Below, in pieces: positions 54,454 through 64,000 of a DNA stretch of 64,000 nucleotides. The stretch is from Oikopleura dioica (taxonomy: Eukaryota > Animalia > Chordata): the NCBI GenBank assembly GCA_907165135.1, contig OU015568.1:15325208-15389207 (forward strand). The letters run 5' to 3'. Every line of letters begins with the position of its first letter. The first letter of the stretch is position 1. The position numbers and the translations under genes were made by a program. Under the pieces are notes generated by a model. It had not been told where the DNA came from. It worked only from the letters and a program-made list of their open reading frames with translations, and searched no databases.

Positions 54454-54929
54454 TTTGATATTATTGCTTGATGGCAATAAACTATTAATATTGCAGTATA
54501 TTCAAAAAATGCGCTTCCTGTCCAAGGAGAAAAAAACATATTTGCCTTTATAAAGCGGAAACCCTTCTTCAGGCATATTTGACTCTTCTTTGATTTTGAG
54601 TGAAAAAAGTTCGTTGAACACTGTTTCTAAAATGATTGCTTCGCTAATAAAGATAAATGAGATAATCTGAGAAAGTAATTATTTTTAATAATAATTCATT
54701 ATTTATTGCTCAAGCTCTCTGATTTTGTATATAAACTTTGTTTGACAATACTTTATAGTCTATTGACTATTCTTTACTCTGTCTTTTCATTTCGCAAGTT
54801 TGAATACCCTTTGGATTGGCTTCGATTTATTAATTATATTTATACTTTGTACCGAATCACAGTAATCCTGTGCTCTCCCCCCCAAAGAAAAAACTCGAAG
54901 GTTGTCAAAACTTTTGACAACCTTTGACT

Positions 54930-55044
54930 CAAAAGGGTATTCTAAAAGTTTGCCAAAATCGACTTTTACGCCCTAAAGCAATTTTTTTTGGTATTGCAAG
55001 TACCAATTTTTTGAGTCAAATGATTACGATGTTCAATTTCCATT
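54930..55044 (+). repeat. Dispersed ~115 bp repeat, copy 1
   Basis: Close match to 62632-62748. Confidence 0.85.
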
Positions 55045-55106
55045 TTAATTAGTTGTTCAATTCAATTAGTTGTGGCAGAGCTTGTGACATTCAAAAAGGA
55101 ACGAAA

Positions 55107-58100
55107 ATGGAGCTGAAACCGCCTAAGTGTCAGTACGGGAGTTGTGACAAGAAAAACTACCACTCTTTCTCAGAGAGGTTTTCTCTTTTAGAGATCACTC
55201 TCGATGCTTTTCGGCGAAGAAAAAAAGAAAATCAAAGAAGCGATTTTGCAAAAGAGAATTCAGGTAATTTAAATTTCAATCATGAGGATAAGAGTATTAT
55301 TTCATGAAGTGTCTTGATTGCGACTGCGTTGGGTTTTTGAGAAAAAAGGGAAGAAAAGTTTACTTGCTTCCCGAGGAAGTTCTGACGACCCGAAGCATTC
55401 ATACCCAAGAATATCATATTCGAAAATTGAAAAAGAAAAAGACATGGAAGAAAAAGGTGACGGCGAAAATGAGCCTGGCAAAGCACGGAAACGCTACGGA
55501 TCCCCAGCTTTACACTTATCTTTCGCTTGGCTCGCTGTTCTGGATAACTGTGATGCTCATAGGTTAGTTTTTTATTTGTTGCATTCTTAACTTGAGTCTC
55601 AGCGAATGTGCATTCTTTGGAGAAATCCCGCGCCTCGACCACTTTTCTGACTTCGACCTGCCATCGAAACTACAAGAAATGCGTTAAAATAGCAGAAATG
55701 GACGTATGCGGGCATTTGTTAAAGCAATGTTTCGAAACCAAAGAATTCATCGTGCCTGAACCAGTTTCAAAAATTGCAGGAAAAGAAAAGCACACTCAGG
55801 AATTCTCCAGTGAAGAAAACGAAGTAAACCTGCTCCGCTGTCAGAAGAAACAGTTTTACGACCAAAAATTTGCCGCCATTTTTGCTCGAAAACGCTTGTT
55901 TTGCAATCAACAAGGACGAACTCATTCTCTCCCTGTGAGTCTTTGTGTTTTCAATTGACAAGAACGTCTGATTCCGCGGGAGAAGTGTGCCCAACGCAGA
56001 AATATTGCCAGAATGGTTGTCCTTGTCCGTTTTATAAGTGCGAAAAACTCGACTCGCGGCAAAAATTGATTCCTGTTTTTGATCTTCAAGCCAACTTTAC
56101 GGCTGCCGGCGGATTTGCCTGCGCGGGGGTTTGACCTGGCGGCGGATTTGCCTGAGCGGGGGTTTGACCTGCCAGGTAAATCCGACGCTCTGGTCAAACC
56201 CCCATTCAGGCAAAAGCGCCGTTTTTGGATGGAAAAATGTGACTTTCCAAATTGAAAATTATTCATTTATTATTAATTAAAATTTACTTTAATCTTATCA
56301 TGCGAGAATGTTTAACCTTTTTGCCACGGTCACTAGGAGAATTTTCTCCTAGCTCGTATTTTTGCGAACTAGAAGAATTTTCTTCTAGTAGTAGTTCAAG
56401 AATTTGCAAGCAAGGAGAAATTTTTAAACTCTAGAAAATTCCACTTCCGGTCGACGACGGAAGTTGACGAAATTAAGGTTGGAGGGTGAAGTGTGACATA
56501 TCAAATTGATGCACAGACGATTTCCTTTCATTTGAGAAAAGAATCAACACCACCGGGGATCAAACCAAACGGATAAAACAGAAAAAATTTCAATTTATGC
56601 CTTTTGTTCATAATTTTACCGGTCGGTTCGACCACGTTTGGGACTGTTTCTTCTGACATATTGATTATAGGATGGCTCAAAATCTTCTGGGCATCAATTT
56701 GATAGGTCACACTTTACCATAACTCCTAACTTTCTTCAACATCCGGCTATAGAATCGACCGGAAGTGGAGTTTTCTAGAATTTTATACCGTCAAAGTTCG
56801 TAAAAGTTTCTAAAAAGGTATCGCGTATGGGGGTCTATAAGGCTGAATTGAGCTGGACAACTCCATTAACCTTAAAAAAAAGCACGTCTTAGGGTTACCG
56901 AAGCCTAGCCTATCCCCCCTTGTGTGAGTTTGTTCTGTCATTTTCCGTAAATGAAACTTTGACCAAACGGGGATTTGACCTAGCGTCAGATTAGCCTGAC
57001 GGGGGTTTGACCTGAGCGTCGGATTTACCTGGCAGGTCAAACCCCCGTTCAGGCAAATCCGACGCCAGGTCAAACCCCCGCTCAGGCAAAACCCCCGGCA
57101 GCCCAACTTTACAGATACCATGAAAACGTATCCAAAAGAAGACATTGAAAAGATAACTCAACGATGGGTTGAAAGAGCAAATAAAATACCAAAATATCGA
57201 AAATTTATTCTCTCCGATTTATCTGGAAACGATCGACAAGTCAATGTCGAAGACTATTTTTGCCCTATGAAAGTTTTTGCCGATTCAGCTTTTTTAATTA
57301 AAATCCATCAAAAACAAAAAAGTCTACTGGAGCTACTTTTCTTAATGGCGAACACTACTTGGTCGATGCAATTGGCAACTTGCTCAAAATAAAGGAAAAC
57401 AATGATGATACGACTTTTATCCCAAATCGACATAGAAATTTGTAAGATTTTTCGGAAAAAGCAATTTTCAACCTTTTTTTAAATTTCTTTTCAGAGGCTT
57501 CTTTGTTTTCCATTTTGGCTCTTCCATCGGAACTCACTTTATTCAGATTCGCAACAAGGAAAAAGCTACTAAAGTGTTTCCAGCTATCGTCATTTGAGAA
57601 TGGTCGAAAAAATTTCATGTCCATTAATCGATTAGTAAGTTTTATGGTAAAATTTTTGGGATGGTGTCTGGAACCGACAAAAATTTTCGACAATTTTTGC
57701 GTGGGCGCCTACTCGACTGCTGATTGGCCGGTTTGCCGAATACAGGCTTCTGATTGAATAAAAATTTCCACGCAAAATTTGTCGAAATTTTTTTGTCGGT
57801 TCCAGACACCATCCTAAATTTTTTGACCGATAAAAGCCGTCCCACCGGAAAAGATGAAAAATGCTTTTACTACGCACCTGATTACGCCCTGAACCGATTC
57901 GAAGTAGCCCAAGGTTTCATCGCCAGCAATCACTTCAACGCTAAAGTATCTTCCATCAGCTTCAAGGGAGTTTTCTATCTTATGAGTGCCAGACTCGGAG
58001 ATAATTACGTCAAGTTGTCAACAACCATCGCTTTGAACAAGATCAGAAGCGACGAAGAATTGGAAAAGGGTTGGAGAAAAAATGATTTTGTTATGCCGGC

Positions 58101-60415
58101 AGAACTAAGAGACCTGGATTTAGTCCATGTTGTCCCTTTGGAATGAGTTTAAAATGTTCAGTTGAGTTTGATCGGACTGACGTTTAAGCTCAAGAAAGGT
58201 CGATTTGGACAGACTTTTGATGATAATTGTGACAAGAAGTGTTTCGTTGTCGAACACCCTTTATTCTGTGCTTCTGGAAGCGGAAGGAAAGTTTCTGTCT
58301 CTTGGTCAAGAGTGGATTGGTTCACTTGTCAGATACGAACAAAAATCAATTTGTTTTTCGAAGATATTTGCGGACGATCATTTCTATACAAGTCCTGATG
58401 GAATAAGAAACGACGAATGCGAGTACTTCGGCCATGCAATTGTCAACGACGATAGAGTTTACTTTCAAAATTTTGTTTTTGATGTTTTGTTCGAAATCAA
58501 GTATCATTTCGGAAGGGTTATGATTCTAGTAATAAAATTCTTCAAGTATTTAAAATCAATATGAAAGAATTGATCGAAATCGAATTTGTCCAACAAAAGG
58601 CGATGGAGAAAATGCACGTGACAAGCAATCCGTATTTCGCGTTTCATGACGACGTTTTTCCTGGATTTTCGAAAAATGCTGCTTCTCAGCGAAAATTTCC
58701 TCGGACACTTGCTTCAGTTTCCCGGCCCCATCCAAAGGCAATTATTCCTTTCAGCTCTTTCTCATCGCTCGCAGAATTTAAACATATTTCGACGTTTGAG
58801 ATGGACTTGAGGCGAAAAGACACTATTCAATTTCAAATTGATTTCAAGGTGCCACAATCTTATTGGTTTTTATTATCTCTTATTTTTAAGAGACTGAGAA
58901 ACAATACTCGCGAAGTGAAAATTCTTGAATGTCAGTTCTTTGATAGACAAAAGTTGTTCACATTTGGACTTTTGAAGAATGGTTCTGTGAAGGTTGATTC
59001 TGATTTTGTCAAAATTCCTGCAATGCTGGACTTAGATTTGTGTAAGCAGGCGGAGTTTGAGTTGACATATAATCGTAAATTGAAATCACCTTTCTTGTTC
59101 ATCAAGGTACAGTAAAAACTAAAATAATTCTTAATTTATGATTTGATACAATTATTAATTACACAATACAAATATTAATTACTGAATTCCAAGGCAACAT
59201 TTCAAAATCATGAAATCGAAGGTGCACTAGAACTAACCGGCCTCGAAAATATAAACGACAAAAGAATACGAGTTTTCAAGTGTGATCGACAGACTTCAAT
59301 CAATAACTTCATCTACTTCTATAAGCGACCGACCCAGATAAATGTTATTCAACGCTCTTCTACTGAGGGCACGATAATGAGTCCTTACGCTTTTCTCGGA
59401 GATAGAACAATCAATCCAAAATTGACTCTCAACCCATCAACTTCTAATCAAACCATTGACAATTATGTGATGCACGCAGGATACGCGCTCATTTATGATA
59501 AGATCTTTCTTTTTGGAGGAGTTGTCGACGCGCAAAGGGTAAATAAGACAGAACAAATTAATACTATCGCCTTAGATTGCTTTCTTAGTTGGTTGCGAGT
59601 TCAAAGAGATGCCTGTGAAATTAAATGAAGAGTATAAAATCGGACACACGGTGTTAAGCGTTGAAAGAGGCAGTAAAGGTGATCCCGATCTGAAATTATC
59701 GAAGGAGAAACTTTCCTTATTATTTCAGCAATTGTCTGCGTCGGCATAAATAAACCGACAGTTTGCGAACAATTTGACGGAATAAGCGCAGAGATGATTG
59801 CTCAATTAAACCAGCGCCGATATTACGCTGGATTTGCCCTCTACAATGGTCAGCCGACTATTGTTGGAGGAATGCATTATTGTGATAAATTAGACTTTCA
59901 AAATAACGGAGAAGTAGAGACGCTTCAAGATAAGGGAAGATCGTAAATATAGACTTTTTAAAATATAAATATAAATGTGAAAAATATTAGTCCCAATCTA
60001 AGACGGAGGATGGTCTTATCTAACAAGTCATCCAAGGTACTCCCAGCAAAAAAATCATTTTCACTTGATGCAACAACTGTAGACAGTTGGACAACTCAGA
60101 TGCGATTGGCCTTCCTTCTGGGGCCTTGTTGACTGTAGGAGGCTATACTTACAGGCTTTACTTGGGAGATATTGGCGGGGATAGCTACCGCGACTACTTA
60201 ATGATTTAATGAGATTTGGCGATTAATGAACAACAACTGGTCTCTTTTAGGAAATTTAGCAGAGGTATTACATTGTATTAAATTCTTGATAGCGTTTTTA
60301 AGGCGGTCCATTATGCATCAATTATACTGACCGACTCAACTATCTATGTTTTTCCCGGTTATGTAGCCAATGCAGCTGGAGGCTACGAAAATCCAATTCA
60401 GCGAATTATTTTAGG
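55107..60415 (+). CDS. Lineage-specific membrane-anchored protein with a Cys-rich GCPC module and C-terminal kelch-like repeats; carries several TE insertions
   Basis: TM segment YLSLGSLFWITVMLI, CPTQKYCQNGCPCPFYKC, KIFLFGG, LNQRRYYAGFALYNGQPTIVGG, LLTVGG; 3' end not found; may be a pseudogene. Confidence 0.5.
56101..57103. mobile_element. Mutator/MULE-like non-autonomous element in a coding exon
   Basis: Ends GGCTGCCGG / CCGGCAGCC with long subrepeated TIRs (ggatttgcctg..cgggggtttgacctg); 9-bp TSD CAACTTTAC at 56092-56100 and 57104-57112. Confidence 0.9.
56430..56779. mobile_element. Inner inverted-repeat element nested in the MULE
   Basis: tctagaaaattccacttccggtcga / tcgaccggaagtggagttttctaga; gtgtgacatatcaaattgatgc / gcatcaatttgataggtcacac. 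Confidence 0.7.
57635..57836 (+). mobile_element. Palindromic MITE-like sequence that makes up a whole predicted intron
   Basis: GTAAGT donor, arms of ~70 bp (ggatggtgtctggaaccgacaaaa / ttttgtcggttccagacaccatcc), AG acceptor. Confidence 0.65.
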
Positions 60416-60452
60416 TGAAGAGTTTCAAAATTGTGGGCTCGACACAATTTTT

Positions 60453-60685
60453 GGAGTTAAGAAGATTTGGAGTAACAAAATGTGGAGCAACCGAAATTTT
60501 CAAACCGATTTTTAAGGGTGTTAAAGTCATAATTAAGGGTATCTGACTCGGTCAAAAGAAAGCCCGGGCCCAAAGCCGGGTTCTCGCCAGGGTTTGAGGG
60601 GGCCGGGAGGCCTTTAACACCCTTAAAAATCGGTTTGAAAATTTCGGTTGCTCCACATTTTGTTACTCCAAATCTTCTTAACTCC
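60453..60685. mobile_element. Inverted-repeat element with ~74-bp arms
   Basis: 60453-60526 is the reverse complement of 60612-60685; GC-rich spacer. Confidence 0.85.
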
Positions 60686-61814
60686 TGAAATTGACTTTTG
60701 CCAAAATTGTGATATTTTTGTTAACAAAGGCAAACTCTTTGTTTTTCGGTAAATCGAAAAATCTTTGAAATCTTCAATAAGATTTGGATGAAAATATCAT
60801 CTCGGCAGATGTTGTTGCAAATCAAGAAGGTCAATCTCAGGCTCCAATAGCTTTCCTTGCTCCTGTTGATTGCTGCAGCGAATAAATATGATCAAAAAGC
60901 CATTCATTTTAACATGGATTATTGTCAATAAATTGTTGAAACATGGAGACTTACAAATCCAAAGCAACGTTACCTTGAGAGTTAATATTTCGGGGGAGCT
61001 TTTTGGAATCACCCTTAGTCTTCCTTGATTTCAATAAAATTTTTCTGGCAGCATACCGGCTCAATAACTGACTCTACCTTCAGCACTTTTGAAAATCTTT
61101 AGCGTGTTCTTGCGGACTAGAAACACGTTGAAGGATTTTTCCGGGGCGTCTGCAAGATCCGGCAACTCTCGGCGCCGAATTGATCAAACGGCCGGAATAC
61201 TTTGGATATGTAGCGATTTGCAAATAACATGGACATCTTTCAAGGGCAAACATCTGCCTCCGCAAAGGTCAAGTTTATTTTTCAAGAAAAACTTCAAGAA
61301 AAATTGAATTAATGATTTTTATAAAGAAATTTTTCCCTTTAAAATTTTTGTATTTATGAAATTATGATTGAGCTTCCCTTAGCTGCTTTTTCCTGAATCC
61401 ACATCCGGAAAAGCCCCGATTTAGATGATATTATCAAATTTCCGAAAATAAACTTGTGATGCTATTTTTTATTTGAAGCGAACATGTAATTAAATTTGCG
61501 AAAAATATTTTTAGTTTTCTCGAAAAGGTTTATTTTCAGCTTTGAGCTCGCCATTTAACGAAATCAACGTTAAATTTGAGAAAATGCCTAGCAAGCGGTT
61601 AATTTGATGAGATGTGATTAGATTCAACTAAATGGGCGACGTAAGGACCGTTTGTCGAAAATTCAATTTGAAGAGAGGAAATGTAATGTGCAACACTCCT
61701 ACTCGATTTTTGAGAAGATGAGGTGGAGATTTGACGATTAAAATTTCCTTGAAGCGGTTAATTGAGGACTTGAATAAGGTTCTACCGTTAGATATGGAAC
61801 TCGTTGTTGATTGA

Positions 61815-62053
61815 TAGCTGTGTGCAACCTGTGTAGAAAACCTGAGACAGGGGCTTGAAACAGTTTTGACAAAAGCCGCGTCGCGGCTTTTTTAAAAGCC
61901 TAACCGCGGCTTCGCCAGGACACAAAAATGGATTGAAATGGTACGTTTGACGAAGCCGCTTTGCGGCATCGATTAAAAAAAAGCCGCCACGTAACTCTTA
62001 TCAAAACTCCTTTCAGACCCTGACTCAGGTTTTCTTCACAGGTTGACCAGCTA
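61815..62053. mobile_element. Palindromic MITE family copy 3
   Basis: caacctgtgtagaaaacctgag ... ctcaggttttcttcacaggttg; internal aagccgc/gcggctt motifs. Confidence 0.75.
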
Positions 62054-62631
62054 AACCCAACTCTTTTTTTATCTTTGCAGTGTACCTCAGGTGGGAATCT
62101 GATTTTTGAATTTCATTAAAAAGCTATATGAAGCTGATATCATCAGCCTGATAGATAAATTCGTTATTCGAAGAAGTCATTGTAGAAATCAGTTTTTCCG
62201 TAAAACGTTACCGTAGTTTAGAAAATGGTCTTTCGTTATTTATTTTAGGACTAAGAATCGTCCGGAAATCCAAAAGTCAAAAATCAGGGCTCGATAATGG
62301 CCGGTTTATTTTTATAAGCTTGGAAGGCATTTTAATCGATCCCTCTGGCCCCAGAGCTAGAGACAGACCGATGCATTTATAACTCATTAGGGATTGTTTG
62401 GCTTAGTTCGAGTGATCACAACATTCTAGCTGCGTTTTTCAGCTTTCGGCTGCGTTTATTTAAACTCACTCATTGCGCTGCATGTTGCTCAATCACGTGA
62501 CAACAGTAACATATGCGGCCCACTTTCGTAACAAGGTTTTTCTATCCTCAGGTCGTGGTGGGGATATCTTTACTTAGATATCCAGCCCAAATAGGAGGGT
62601 TCCTTTGGGTATTTGTGAATTTTAAGGGTGC

Positions 62632-62748
62632 CAAAAGGGTGTTCCAAAAGTTTGCCAAAATCGACTTTGACACCCTTAACCATGGTTTTGTTTGGTATTG
62701 CAAGTACCCATTTTTTGAGTCAAATGATTACGATGTTCAATTTCCATT
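62632..62748 (+). repeat. Dispersed ~115 bp repeat, copy 2
   Basis: Close match to 54930-55044. Confidence 0.85.
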
Positions 62749-64000
62749 CTGAATTGATTATCGCTCGTCAGAATCGCTTGTTGCTATTTCTCGTTACATA
62801 TTGTAAGCACTTGCTCCTTATTCGAATCGTTCTTTTCAGCCATTCTTGCATACGAAATTACAGTAATCGTAGGAAACCCTAAAATTTCTTTTTCAGGTAG
62901 AGCTTAATTTAAGACGTGTCTCTTTCAGCTTTAATCCCGAGAAGTCCCTTAGATCATAAGATTCATAACCTAGGGTTGTATGACTCGATGACGCCAGAGC
63001 TTTAAAAATTTACTGTTTTTATATCCGGGTCAATCTCCGAAGATCTTTTACATCTTTCTCGTAAAATCATGATTGTCAGAATTCTAGCGCAAAGTCCTTC
63101 ATCTAAATATCTTCTCAAAATTTATTTCTGGAGAGCATTTTTTATTTCGAAGAAACTGATTATAACCGTGTTGTCTAACACAGCTATTTTCATTCTCATT
63201 ATTTTTGATGATAATATTTTCGCAAAACGAACCTGTGTTTTTCGCCAAATGAACAAGACATTCACCATCACTACGAAGAAAATTAAATTATCCATCTCAT
63301 AATTGCAATAAATTGCTGCTTGACCCTCCTTTGTTTTCAGACTCGACCCTATTCAATTGAGAAACACTGTGGATTCTCGTCTAAATTTTAGAGTAAACTA
63401 GCGCTTTATGTAGGAAATGAAAATTAAATCTTTAGACTTATAGAAAAAAAAACGGGGCACCACTTTAACGGGCTAGTTCCTTAAGGACCCCCCCTCGTCA
63501 ACAATTTTCCTCAAAAAATCGAAAATTTCAAAACAGCCATATTTTTGCTTCTTAGTGTGCCTGGAAGTTCAATTCATCATAAAAACTTGTTCGGAGCACT
63601 TTTTGACCAATAAAAATCCAAAATTTTTGCAAAAATGGGACTTTTAAGTCATTTTTTGTCAAAATGTTCGATTTTCAAAGGCGATTTTGAGGGTGTTAGA
63701 GTCGAGATAGACCCCAAAAAAATGAAGTCTCAAAAGGAAAAGGAAATATCTGTAATCAGTAATGTTCTTGATTGACTGTTACGTAAGGAATTACACGCTA
63801 AAATGTCTCCCTGCTGCGTAAATAAAGGCTAATAGGAGCACTTAAAACGGGATGGGCCTGGGCAGCGTGGATTCCTTATCACTAGTTGTCAGGATGGGAC
63901 AATATCTTGTCACGAACGAGTGGCCAAAATGCACACCAGCGGCTGTCCGAAACAAGTCATTCGCATTGTAATAAGAAAACAGTAGCTATAACAACAGTCT

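Noticed and set aside
60780-61310. Transposase remnant
   Set aside because: Short ORFs with stops and no recognisable DDE or other motif.
63480-63760. TTAA-flanked transposon end
   Set aside because: No matching second terminus inside the window.

Overview
Eukaryotic, very compact genomic DNA: introns of about 35-100 bp, intergenic gaps of 140-240 bp, and GA/GG/GC splice donors. This organisation points to the larvacean tunicate Oikopleura dioica or a close relative (inference). Genes in order: two tandem TGF-beta/activin type II receptor kinases, a probable SL trans-spliced operon (CDK2, RAD51, EI24, F-BAR/SH3 protein), CLHC1-like, TM9SF2, WDR36, inorganic pyrophosphatase, a KH-domain protein, three PLA2-fold genes lacking the catalytic His-Asp, CCDC180, an ANF-receptor-type membrane protein, coiled-coil genes, an IFI27-like gene, a 2OG-Fe(II) oxygenase and a kelch-like family gene. 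Non-autonomous DNA elements are abundant. Main observation: the GA-AG and GG-AG introns I could reconstruct from protein conservation are closed by an inverted repeat that starts 3-7 nt inside the donor and ends 5-9 nt before the acceptor, usually burying a competing GT. The same window has TIR elements inserted in coding exons (a hAT carrying a hairpin satellite, and a MULE that recreates an acceptor) and an intron that is a palindrome from end to end. Together these suggest a structure-assisted splicing or intron-birth route. Many genes show -1 frameshifts in homopolymers, most likely assembly errors. All exon boundaries were read by eye and need RNA-seq confirmation.
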